From Candidatus Micrarchaeota archaeon (GTDB lineage Archaea; Micrarchaeota; Micrarchaeia; Anstonellales; Bilamarchaeaceae), in the NCBI GenBank assembly GCA_038046805.1, contig JBBSVO010000006.1, forward strand, positions 172,976-236,975: a DNA stretch of 64,000 nt. Direction: 5' to 3'. Below the pieces are notes generated by a model. It ran no database searches. It had not been told where the DNA came from and saw nothing but the letters and a program-made list of their open reading frames with translations. The translations under genes and the position numbers were made by a program. Shown piece after piece: positions 46,377 through 55,608 of the stretch. Numbering within the stretch: position 1 is the stretch's first letter; every line of letters begins with the position of its first letter.

Positions 46377-47816
46377 TTATTTGGTCGTCTCTGCTTTATT
46401 TAGTATTTCCTCCATATTTTTCTTGTCATCCTCGCTTATGTTCTGCCCGGTGGTGTTCTCCTTTGTAGGATTTTCGAACGGTTCATCACTTTGTTTTATC
46501 GTAGTCTTGTTTGTGGTGGCAAACTCCTCGCACATCGCAACCTTGGTGGAGTTCATTATACTGCTGCATATACTGGCGTTTTTCATTGTTCCGCCAAGTT
46601 CAATGTAACAATCGTCTTTTATGCCAGATTCGGTTACGAGTTTGCATATTCCAGTGTCTTTAGCCATTATTGCTAAATTGAGAATGCAGATATTCTTTCT
46701 TCCACCGGCAAATTCGCACAGTTCAAGGTTTTCTTTGTCCAATGCCATAGAATAAACGCATTTATCATGTTCTATTCCCTCTTTTTCAAGGCATGCTATA
46801 AACGCATTCTGGTCATCGCTTGCAGCCTGAAGCAGGGTGACGGCCTTTCCGGCAGTCAGGTTCTCCGGAACTATTATCTCCTTATCATATTTCCAATCGG
46901 ATGAAACAAGATTCCATTTACTCGTGCGATCCTTTCCAAGATAATTATATGCGAATTCCTTAGAGATAATTTCGTTCTTTTCTTCGTTATAACATAGTTT
47001 ACTTTCGTATCTCTTTGGATCTCCCTGTCTTACATTAAGGCTCATCGCCTCGCTTAAAGTAAGGTTTGAATAGTCTATAACAAAGTTTACTTCCGAGCAT
47101 TTTTCTCCTTTTTCCGTGGTTTCAATAACCTCCTCAAACGTAATGGTGTTTTTTCCCTTCAGGAATTCAAATGTTTCCTTTGCAGAATCTATCTTTTCGT
47201 TGCTGAAAAATTGCCCTCCAATCACCTTTAAGTATTTCGAGAGGGCTGCACTGGTGTTTTTTACAGAACTGCAGGCATATTCATCTTCATATTCTACACA
47301 CATTACCGTGTCGTTTTCCGCAAAATAAATATTTCTTTCAGATATTGGAGTTTCTATAGTTACCTGGCGCACTGCTCCGTTCTTGCGAAGTGTTGTCCTC
47401 ATGACATATTCATCAAGCGTTTCGTCATAGGCATATTCGTAATCTGTTGCGCCCTGGCCAACAAGAAGGCTTTTTTCATATATTTCAAGCGCATTGCCTG
47501 TGCTATCTTCTCCTTCACCACCGTGTTTTTGAAGGTTCGGAAGTGCATACATATAAACCGCATAACCTGCGGCAAGGAAAACGATAATCCCTAAAACCAC
47601 CAGCAAAATATTTTTTACATCTGTCATAAGATAACCTCTGAACATTGGCTTTTTATATTTCTCATCTGTGCTTAAAAAGTTATTGCAGGGGACAGGATTT
47701 TCAATTACCACGGGAGTATCACGCCTACGTTTTTCTTTTGGCGTGTCAGGAACGACCGACAAAACGACGCTTCGTTTTGTGGTCCATAAAACGTTACGAC
47801 GTTTTATCGGACGCAT
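46377..47816 (-). CDS. membrane-anchored extracellular hypothetical protein (Cys-rich C-terminal region)
   Basis: TM anchor ILLVVLGIIVFLAAGYAVYMY. The true start is probably the internal M (MTDVKN…). Confidence 0.4.
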   Translation of the reverse strand: MRPIKRRNVLWTTKRSVVLSVVPDTPKEKRRRDTPVVIENPVPCNNFLSTDEKYKKPMFRGYLMTDVKNILLVVLGIIVFLAAGYAVYMYALPNLQKHGGEGEDSTGNALEIYEKSLLVGQGATDYEYAYDETLDEYVMRTTLRKNGAVRQVTIETPISERNIYFAENDTVMCVEYEDEYACSSVKNTSAALSKYLKVIGGQFFSNEKIDSAKETFEFLKGKNTITFEEVIETTEKGEKCSEVNFVIDYSNLTLSEAMSLNVRQGDPKRYESKLCYNEEKNEIISKEFAYNYLGKDRTSKWNLVSSDWKYDKEIIVPENLTAGKAVTLLQAASDDQNAFIACLEKEGIEHDKCVYSMALDKENLELCEFAGGRKNICILNLAIMAKDTGICKLVTESGIKDDCYIELGGTMKNASICSSIMNSTKVAMCEEFATTNKTTIKQSDEPFENPTKENTTGQNISEDDKKNMEEILNKAETTK

Positions 47817-48094
47817 CGTTCCTGAGCATGTTCAAGAACGAAATGTCGTTCTTGACATGAAACCCTCAGACCTTTTCTTTTTTAAAAGAAAAGGGGTATG
47901 GGTTTGAACCTGTGAAGACGCTAGGTCATCAGATTTCCTATCCCGCATTCGGGAAAAGAACAAACGAGATCTTGAGTCTGACGCGTTTGACCGTTGCGAA
48001 ACCAGTTTCCAGTTGCCTGTTTCCAGTTCCCAAAACGCGAAACTGAAAACCCTAGACAGAAAACTGACTTCTCCGCCACCCCTGCGCATTATAT

Positions 48095-49339
48095 TTGCTT
48101 TTTGCCGCACCACATTTTAAAACCTTGTTAGTCTATCATCTACTCATGGCAGAGCCACTATGGTTCATTGAATACCCAGTATCATTCATCTCAATTTTCG
48201 TAGCCGTATTTTTCACACTGATTTATCTGAAGAATTTCAATAGGATGGAACACAAGTCAAAGCAGGCGCATGGCTGGGAACCAAAAATAACAATTCTCAT
48301 TCCTGCTTACAATGAGGAGAATTCTATAGCTGCATGTTTAGATTCAGTTCTGGCATCAGATTATCCTCGGGAAAAGATGGAAATACTTGTTCTGGATGAC
48401 GGTTCTACTGATAAGACTGCAGAGATTGCCAAGCGTTATTCAACACATGGGGTAATCGTCTGCTCAAAAGAAAACACTGGAAAAGCAGACTCTCTTAATT
48501 TCGGAATAAAAAAATCAACAGGAGAAATAATTGCAACGCTTGATGCGGATTCGTTTATAAGTCCATATTCCATACGCAGAATGCTTCCATTGTTTGAAGA
48601 TGAGACTGTTGGAGCGGTTGCTTCTGCAGTTAAAGTGAAAAAAGCAAAAAACCTATTGGAGGAGATCCAGCGCATAGAATATCTTTTTGCATTATTTTCC
48701 CGCAAGGTTGTCAGCTTTATCGAATCCGTGCAGGTAACCCCCGGACCGTTTTCCATGTTCCGCAGATGGATTTTTGACAAGGTCGGCGATTTTGATACAA
48801 AGAGCCTTGTTGAAGATCAGGAAATAGCACTGAGAATCCAATCTCATCATTACAAAATACGCTGCTCTCTCGATGCCGACGTTTTCACCGAAATCCCACG
48901 CACGTTCCTTGACTTGATGAAACAGCGCACCAGATGGCAACGCGGAGGGTTCTGGAACTCATTAAAATATCTTAAAATGATTAATCCAAAATACGGGGAT
49001 CTGGGAATGATTATTCTTCCGTTCGGTGTGTTTGGATATCTGATGCTTGTCATCTTCCTTGTGCTTGCGGTGTACTATATGTTTTATGGTTCTCCCTATC
49101 AGGAAGCGCTTAGCTATGATTCCTATCTGCTGGCATTCCGCGAGCTTCATGTTTTCGGAATTCTTATGATAGGCCTTGCGTTCCTGTGGCTGTTCTATGG
49201 GATGGGGAGGCTTTTCCGCGAGCAGGAGCTGCATCCAGTGTCAATCTTTTTATATATCATACTATATCCTATGTTGATAACGTTATTTTGGTTCTCCGCA
49301 GCGTATAAAGAGCTGCGCGGAGAGGGTTTCTCGTGGTAG
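48095..49339 (+). CDS. family 2 glycosyltransferase, integral membrane (processive synthase-like)
   Basis: ILIPAYNEE…LDDGSTD…DADS…QRTRWQRG motifs with C-terminal TM helices. Confidence 0.7.
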   Translation: MLFAAPHFKTLLVYHLLMAEPLWFIEYPVSFISIFVAVFFTLIYLKNFNRMEHKSKQAHGWEPKITILIPAYNEENSIAACLDSVLASDYPREKMEILVLDDGSTDKTAEIAKRYSTHGVIVCSKENTGKADSLNFGIKKSTGEIIATLDADSFISPYSIRRMLPLFEDETVGAVASAVKVKKAKNLLEEIQRIEYLFALFSRKVVSFIESVQVTPGPFSMFRRWIFDKVGDFDTKSLVEDQEIALRIQSHHYKIRCSLDADVFTEIPRTFLDLMKQRTRWQRGGFWNSLKYLKMINPKYGDLGMIILPFGVFGYLMLVIFLVLAVYYMFYGSPYQEALSYDSYLLAFRELHVFGILMIGLAFLWLFYGMGRLFREQELHPVSIFLYIILYPMLITLFWFSAAYKELRGEGFSW

Positions 49340-49364
49340 GTGTTGAAGTCGTAAAGGTGAATCC

Positions 49365-50429
49365 ATGGAAGACGATGCAAAACTGGAAAGAAAATCTCCG
49401 AATATTTCTCTCTATGTAATAGCGTTGGCTATTACGATCCTGATCTTCTTCACTGGAATCTATCTTGGTAGGGTTGTTGATAATTCGGTTCAACAGGGTA
49501 TTGGCACCGATGTCGCATCACTTATTGAGCGAACAAATTCAATGGAGCTTTTGTTCCTTTTGGATAATTCTTCTGATTTTTGCCCGGTATTCAAAGATGA
49601 ATTATTGAAGATAGATTCGGATACAGAAAAACTCGGATACAAACTTGCGTATATCGAAGATATAAAAGGTGCTGGTGCGTCTGACCCAGACCTAAAGAAA
49701 AAATATTTCGTTCTTGAAACCGAGGCCTACCTTCTTTCCAAGAGAATCGCGGAAAGTTGCGGGTCGAGTTACGCTAATTTCGACCTTGCGCTTTATTTCT
49801 ATTCTAACAAAAAGGGCGCCTGTTTTGATTGTGATGCACAGGGAAAGGCCATTCTTGATGCGAAAAAAGAGCTTAACCGACCATTTAAGGTTTATTCTTT
49901 TGACGGGGATCTCGGAAGCACGGTTGCGGATGCGCTGAAAACAAGACATGGTGTGACGGTCTATCCTTCACTTGTAGTCAACGGGGTTCTTTATGAGGGT
50001 TTTGTTTCAAAGGAGGAATTGCTCGGACTTCTTTCCAAAAATGCAAAAGGTGATGAAGAAATGAAACTTACAGGGGAAAAACTTTTTGCACCGTTTGGCG
50101 GGCAAACCTGCGTTTATTGGGAGAATTATGTCATAGAAGAAGGTCGCGTTTCTCAAAGTAAAAATCCATTCTATGCGGTAATTGACGGAAAGAAAATCGA
50201 GCTCGGTCTTCCACCCGCGCGCATTTTTATGAAACCGACATCTGAAAACGAAACTGTAAAAGAGTGGTGCCTCAGTCCGGATGCGGTTTATCTTGTGGAA
50301 AAGGTAACTGAAACTGCGTCTCTTCCGGATTGGGACGAAGAAAAGACTGCGTATTACATTTCTGACGCAAAATACTCTTCAGAAGAAAGGAAAAAATATT
50401 CGACGCCTGCGAGCAAATGGACATACTAA
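49365..50429 (+). CDS. membrane-anchored hypothetical protein
   Basis: N-terminal TM anchor. Confidence 0.35.
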   Translation: MEDDAKLERKSPNISLYVIALAITILIFFTGIYLGRVVDNSVQQGIGTDVASLIERTNSMELLFLLDNSSDFCPVFKDELLKIDSDTEKLGYKLAYIEDIKGAGASDPDLKKKYFVLETEAYLLSKRIAESCGSSYANFDLALYFYSNKKGACFDCDAQGKAILDAKKELNRPFKVYSFDGDLGSTVADALKTRHGVTVYPSLVVNGVLYEGFVSKEELLGLLSKNAKGDEEMKLTGEKLFAPFGGQTCVYWENYVIEEGRVSQSKNPFYAVIDGKKIELGLPPARIFMKPTSENETVKEWCLSPDAVYLVEKVTETASLPDWDEEKTAYYISDAKYSSEERKKYSTPASKWTY

Positions 50430-50504
50430 TATTTTGTCAGAATCGAAGCTTGTCAATGGAAATGTTTAAATATCCGCTATTCGTTATGTCCTTGGTGATA
50501 TCGA

Positions 50505-51062
50505 ATGGTATTAGAGCTTGTCCTGATTGTGATCGTAGTCGTATTAGTCCTTATCTTATTGTGGGCAATGGGCACTTTCAATCGTTTCATCGTCCTGCGC
50601 AACAGAATTGACAATGCCTTTTCACAAATTGACGTTCAATTGAAGCGAAGATACGACCTTATTCCAAACCTTGTTGAGTGTGTTAAGGGTTATGCAAAAC
50701 ACGAGAAAGAGACGCTTAATGATGTTATCAAGGCCAGAAGCGGGCTTGTGCAGGGAACCCCTGATGAAAGAATTGCAGCCAACAACATGCTTACTGGGGC
50801 ATTGGGAAGATTAATGGTTGTCATGGAACAATATCCCAAGCTTATGGCAAACGAGAATTTCCTGAAATTGCAGGATGAGCTTGCCGGAACCGAGAACAAG
50901 ATTGCATATGTGAGAACAGCTTATAACGACTCTGTGCTTGAGCTTAACAATGCGATTATGGTGTTTCCCGGAAGTGTAATTGCAGGAATGTTCGGATTTG
51001 TCCAAAAGGCATTCCTCGAAACTCCGGGAGAGCAGCGCGAGAACGTGAAAGTCAAGTTCTAG
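50505..51062 (+). CDS. lemA: LemA family protein
   Basis: TM anchor followed by GTFNRFIVLRNRIDNAFSQIDVQLKRRYDLIPNLVE. Confidence 0.7.
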   Translation: MVLELVLIVIVVVLVLILLWAMGTFNRFIVLRNRIDNAFSQIDVQLKRRYDLIPNLVECVKGYAKHEKETLNDVIKARSGLVQGTPDERIAANNMLTGALGRLMVVMEQYPKLMANENFLKLQDELAGTENKIAYVRTAYNDSVLELNNAIMVFPGSVIAGMFGFVQKAFLETPGEQRENVKVKF

Positions 51063-51148
51063 GCGCGCACTGGAGCCGTCCGGTTCCATTTCGTTATTTT
51101 TTCTCTTTTATTCTTATTCCGCTTTGTTTTTCGCACGGGGTTGCCATT

Positions 51149-52051
51149 ATGGAACAAAAAATCAGTTTCTTTGACGCGATTGAAACGAACAAGCGCAACT
51201 CCCTTATTCTTCTTGTGTTTTCATTTGCCCTGTTGATGGCTGTGGGATGGGCATTCTCAGAAATATTAGGCCTTGGCGGGCTGGGCTTTGTAATCTCGCT
51301 GGTTGCAGTGCTCATCTATATGGGAGTTGCCTATTTTCACGGAGCAAATTTCGTTTTGTCCATGAGTGGTGCAAGGCCACTTGAGCGCAACGAGTATCCT
51401 TTTGTTTATCATACTGTGGATGGACTTGCTGCTGCGGCAGGTATTCCTGCGCCGAAAGTTTATATCATCGATGATCAGGCAATGAATGCATTTGCAACCG
51501 GTAAAGACCCGAAAAATTCCTATGTCGTGGTTACAACAGGTCTTGTCAAGAACCTTAAACGGGAAGAGCTTGAAGGCGTAATCGCGCATGAAATCTCTCA
51601 CATTGCAAACTATGACATCAGATTCATGCTGTATGCGGTTGTTATGGTCGGAGCAATTGCGCTTCTTTCCCAGGTAGCGAGCAGGGCGCTTTGGTTTGGG
51701 GGTGGGCGCGGCGGTTCTGGCAAGCGTGGCGGGGGAAATGCAGTAGGGTTAATCATTGCACTGGTTCTAATCATTCTCGCACCAATCTTCGCCGAGTTAA
51801 TCCGATTTGCGATTTCAAGACAGCGGGAGCATCTTGCCGATGCCAATGCAGCAAAACTCACGCGTTATCCTGCAGGGCTGATAGGTGCTCTAAAAAGAAT
51901 AAGCGGAACTCCTGAAGCTGCAAAGGTAGCGACTGCAAATGATGCAACTGCGCCTCTTTACATCGTTTCTCCGTTTTCTGGAAAAATAGGGCATTTATTC
52001 TCCACACATCCACCAGTTGAGGAAAGGATAAAACGACTTGCTGCAATGTAG
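51149..52051 (+). CDS. htpX: zinc metalloprotease HtpX (M48)
   Basis: HEISHIANYD HExxH motif and four TM helices. Paired with lemA. Confidence 0.8.
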   Translation: MEQKISFFDAIETNKRNSLILLVFSFALLMAVGWAFSEILGLGGLGFVISLVAVLIYMGVAYFHGANFVLSMSGARPLERNEYPFVYHTVDGLAAAAGIPAPKVYIIDDQAMNAFATGKDPKNSYVVVTTGLVKNLKREELEGVIAHEISHIANYDIRFMLYAVVMVGAIALLSQVASRALWFGGGRGGSGKRGGGNAVGLIIALVLIILAPIFAELIRFAISRQREHLADANAAKLTRYPAGLIGALKRISGTPEAAKVATANDATAPLYIVSPFSGKIGHLFSTHPPVEERIKRLAAM

Positions 52052-52155
52052 AACTGTCAAGGTTGGTTCTTTATCAACGTCTAACTGCCAAATGCCAACC
52101 TTTAAATATGTGTTCTGCAAACATCTGTTTGTTTCTAATTTAGAGGTGAAACTAT

Positions 52156-52863
52156 ATGTACGGAGTATCCCCACAGGCTTATGATAGGGCAATTACTGTT
52201 TTCAGTCCAGATGGAAGGCTGTTTCAGGTTGAATATGCAAAAGAGGCAGTGAAACGCGGTGCAACTGCAATTGGCATTGTTGCAAAGGACGGAGTTGTTC
52301 TTGTTGCGTATAAAGCAACTCACTCCAAACTCGCGCTTGCGGATTCCCTTCGCAAGGTGTTTGATATCGATTCTCATATTTCAGTTACTGCAAGCGGACT
52401 TATTGCAGATGCAAGAAGGCTTGTTGATATGGCGCGCGTTGATGCGCAGAGGCACCGGATTACCTACAATGAACCTGCGAATGTAGAATCAATCTCCAAA
52501 AGCATCTGCGATCTTATGCAGGTTTATACCCAATATGGCGGTATCAGACCGTTTGGCGTTTCTCTTCTTATTGCCGGTGTTGATAGCAAACCGCGTCTTT
52601 TCGAGGCAGAGCCAAGTGGTGCAATGACTGGCTATCTTGCAGATTCCGTCGGAAGCGGAAAAAAAGAAGTTGACGAATATCTGGAGAAAAACTACAAGGA
52701 AAGCATCACAGTTGAAGATGCAATCGAGTTGGGAATAAGCGCATTGAAGAAAGCAGTTGATGCGAAGCTATCACCGGAAAACGTGGATATTTCCTATATT
52801 GAAGTCAAGACAAAGAAATCCGTTGCTGTTTCGGACAAGGATGTGGCGAAGTATTTGAAATAG
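52156..52863 (+). CDS. psmA: proteasome subunit alpha
   Basis: YDRAITVFSPDGRLFQVEYA signature. Confidence 0.85.
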   Translation: MYGVSPQAYDRAITVFSPDGRLFQVEYAKEAVKRGATAIGIVAKDGVVLVAYKATHSKLALADSLRKVFDIDSHISVTASGLIADARRLVDMARVDAQRHRITYNEPANVESISKSICDLMQVYTQYGGIRPFGVSLLIAGVDSKPRLFEAEPSGAMTGYLADSVGSGKKEVDEYLEKNYKESITVEDAIELGISALKKAVDAKLSPENVDISYIEVKTKKSVAVSDKDVAKYLK

Positions 52864-52916
52864 ACTGGGTTATACTCCCTACCACTTTATAAATCCTTGC
52901 AAAGAAAATTCTATTT

Positions 52917-53789
52917 ATGAACTTGGCCAGTGCTTATGCTGTAAATAATCATCAGGACGCAGTTAGGTTTAGATCCAGCGTTCATTCTTACAATCCAAAG
53001 AGTCGAATGTCCAGGGAACTGCGAAGAGCATTGGGGTTCGAGTCATGCCATCATTTGCAGGAACCTTTACGTATTTTGGATGCAATGTGCGGCCCGGGTA
53101 AAGTCGGTCAGCTAATAACTTCGGAAGCGCTGCTTCATGAGGTCCCCACAAATCTCTTTTTCAATGATGCCAGAGCCGCTGCGCTTGAATTGGCCACCCC
53201 TGATTCGGAAAAAAGAATCCCTGGGAACGTGTGCTCGGTCAGAGATTTATATGCTGGTTTTTTTGATCTGTCGGTGGTTCGGTTCGGCCTTAAAGATATT
53301 CCAGACCTGGCCAAATTGCAGGCAGTGGAGTCATTGCATGCATCTTTGGTTCCGGGAGGGCGCCTGGTTGTTGCTGATTTGTATGCCCCAGCTTCTATTC
53401 GATCTGATGTTAATACTATCCACAGAACCAAGCAGCGTTTTAGCGGGAGAAATGAGTCTATAGAAGGAGAATTATTTATACCGACCAGGGGGCAATGGAC
53501 CCAATTGTTGTTGCGCGCAGGTTTTGCTCGGGTTTCAACAGAATATTTTGGCCGTACGGTGGTAAAAATCTCTGATTGGATAGACCAATTCGGCACCGAT
53601 CCGGTTGTGGCATTATCCAAAGTCCGGTTGATTGAGCAGATGATTATTGCTATGTCGGCATTAGACAAGAAATTCAATTCAGTAATGCGGATAAAAACAT
53701 CCGAACCACTCAATCCGGATGATGGAATATTGAGTTTTGAATCACCCATCGTAATTCTAGTGGCACACAAATCTCCAGGTGTCATTTAA
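52917..53789 (+). CDS. hypothetical protein, possibly SAM-dependent methyltransferase-like
   Basis: ILDAMCGPG… Rossmann-like motif. Preferred over the overlapping minus-strand ORF 53135..53785. Confidence 0.3.
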   Translation: MNLASAYAVNNHQDAVRFRSSVHSYNPKSRMSRELRRALGFESCHHLQEPLRILDAMCGPGKVGQLITSEALLHEVPTNLFFNDARAAALELATPDSEKRIPGNVCSVRDLYAGFFDLSVVRFGLKDIPDLAKLQAVESLHASLVPGGRLVVADLYAPASIRSDVNTIHRTKQRFSGRNESIEGELFIPTRGQWTQLLLRAGFARVSTEYFGRTVVKISDWIDQFGTDPVVALSKVRLIEQMIIAMSALDKKFNSVMRIKTSEPLNPDDGILSFESPIVILVAHKSPGVI

Positions 53790-54492
53790 CTATAGTCCCA
53801 TTTATTCTTTTTCCTTCAATCGCATTTTTTATTTCTTTGAGACCTTCCGTTCCCTGCCCACCAACGAAAAACAGCTCTATTTTTGACCTTGCCGCAAGCT
53901 TGCATGCCAGCATGTCAAATACAAAATTCGTTCCGGCGGTTCTTTTATCCGAACTGTTTGCAAGCGCAATAAGCTCGTCGTACGTCATACCGTCAAACTT
54001 CATTGCATTTGGATTAGTTTTCGGATTTGAATCATAAATAGCATCCACGTTGCTTATGTTTACAAGTCGTTTTGCTCCGAGTTTTTCCGCAAGAAGAACG
54101 GAATCTGTATCTGTTGTTATTCCGGGAATCGTCCCGCCCATTACTACAACGGCATACTTCTGTGCAGCCTTTCCGGCTTCAGTAAAATCCTTCGCGACTT
54201 TCGGATAAACTTTAATTTTTTTTCGTTTTTCCGCGCGAAGCGCACCAACCAGTAGTTTTGCGTTCTTCCATGTTTCCTTTATCGCTTCCTCGTCTGCCTC
54301 AAACTCGCTTCCTCCGCGAGTGCGTACGGCATTTGCCTTCTGCCTTGCGGTCCACCCCCCACCAGTAACAATTCCAAACTTCCCGCCATTATCCCCAAGA
54401 ATACTGGAAATTCTCTTCAAAAACCCATCATCAATTCCGTTTTCCTTATTTATGAGACTTCCGCCAACAGAAAGAACTGTAATCACAACCAT
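53782..54492 (-). CDS. pyrH: UMP kinase (archaeal)
   Basis: LSVGGSLI…GGGWTAR…ITTDTDSVLLAE…NVDAIYDSNP amino-acid-kinase-family motifs. Confidence 0.75.
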   Translation of the reverse strand: MVVITVLSVGGSLINKENGIDDGFLKRISSILGDNGGKFGIVTGGGWTARQKANAVRTRGGSEFEADEEAIKETWKNAKLLVGALRAEKRKKIKVYPKVAKDFTEAGKAAQKYAVVVMGGTIPGITTDTDSVLLAEKLGAKRLVNISNVDAIYDSNPKTNPNAMKFDGMTYDELIALANSSDKRTAGTNFVFDMLACKLAARSKIELFFVGGQGTEGLKEIKNAIEGKRINGTIVK

Positions 54493-54544
54493 GCACCTCG
54501 TTCCGATACAATTAAAACCTCAAAACTTAAAAACTAAAGTATAG

Positions 54545-55105
54545 GTGATTTGTTTGAGTTTGGATTTGGGTATTTCGGAAATAGAATCCTCATTAATGAA
54601 AAAAGAGGAAAAACTGGATAAGGTCATGATTAAAAGCAGGGAAATAGTTCGGCTCTGTTCAAATGCAATCAAGGCAATACATTCAAAGGAATTTGACGCG
54701 GCAAAAAAACTTCTAAAAGAAGCCGATTCCGAGGTTTCTGCAATAAAAAAATTCGAAGACGAGTTCCCTGGTCATGTTAATCATATAATGCAGGAATATG
54801 TCGAGGCAAGGATTGTATTTTCCGCAGTAGAAGATGGGAAAATCCCCTCATTCAAGGACCTTGATGCGCCAATGGAGGCATATCTCACCGGGCTTCTTGA
54901 TGCAACCGGAGAACTAAAGCGCGAGATGTACGAATCACTAAGACGAAAGGACAGAAAAGGCGCGGAATCCTATTTTAAGATGATGGAGGACATTTACGAC
55001 GCGCTTCTTCCACTCCGCTTCTCAAATGCGGTCCTGCCTGAATTCAGGAGAAAGCAGGATGTGGCGAGGATACAGTTGGAACAGGCTAGGGGAGAATTAT
55101 TGTAG
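54545..55105 (+). CDS. translin-family protein
   Basis: YLTGLLDATGELKREM resembles the translin GLADLTGELMR motif. Start may be the internal MKKEEK. Confidence 0.5.
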   Translation: MICLSLDLGISEIESSLMKKEEKLDKVMIKSREIVRLCSNAIKAIHSKEFDAAKKLLKEADSEVSAIKKFEDEFPGHVNHIMQEYVEARIVFSAVEDGKIPSFKDLDAPMEAYLTGLLDATGELKREMYESLRRKDRKGAESYFKMMEDIYDALLPLRFSNAVLPEFRRKQDVARIQLEQARGELL

Positions 55106-55126
55106 ATTAATCCAAGCCAAGAAGGG

Positions 55127-55573
55127 CTATTCGTTCCTCATTCCGCCACCGGTAGTTATTCGCGGCAGTTCCTTTTGTTTTGCCATCTGTTCTTCCTTAT
55201 ATTCTTTCATTTCCGCATGTGCGAGATTCTTTCCATGAGAAAGCGCAAGATTTGCGAAAATCTTTGCAGTAGAATCAGTGAACGTTTCCCGATGGAGTTT
55301 TGGAAGGTCAAGTTCGTCAAGTCCCTTTTTTATTTTTCCAGCTCCCAATCCAGTTATTTCCAGCCTATGTTCGTCTATCATTTCTTTTACTCTTGCTATA
55401 AAATTCACTTTTGAGTCTGCGCTCATTCCCTCCCCCATGCGTTCGTTACGCAAGGCTTCTGATCCAAATGTCTTAAGCATCTCTCTTTCGTCATTATGAA
55501 GATTAGCACTGAGTGCATCCCAAAGCTTTTTTGCCTGCTCAAAATTTTCATTCCCCATTTTCTCACCACTCAT
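55127..55573 (-). CDS. hypothetical protein
   Basis: ORF only. Confidence 0.3.
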   Translation of the reverse strand: MSGEKMGNENFEQAKKLWDALSANLHNDEREMLKTFGSEALRNERMGEGMSADSKVNFIARVKEMIDEHRLEITGLGAGKIKKGLDELDLPKLHRETFTDSTAKIFANLALSHGKNLAHAEMKEYKEEQMAKQKELPRITTGGGMRNE

Positions 55574-55608
55574 TCTTTACCAGAACCAATTTTAATCCTA
55601 TCCCCGAA

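Noticed and set aside
47880-47960. Possible tRNA-like T-arm (GGGTTTGAACC) upstream of the GT2 gene
   Set aside because: No compatible acceptor or anticodon stems could be built on either strand.
53135-53785. 216-aa minus-strand ORF overlapping the 52917-53789 plus ORF
   Set aside because: The translation lacks motifs. The plus-strand frame carries a Rossmann-like motif and avoids overlapping pyrH.
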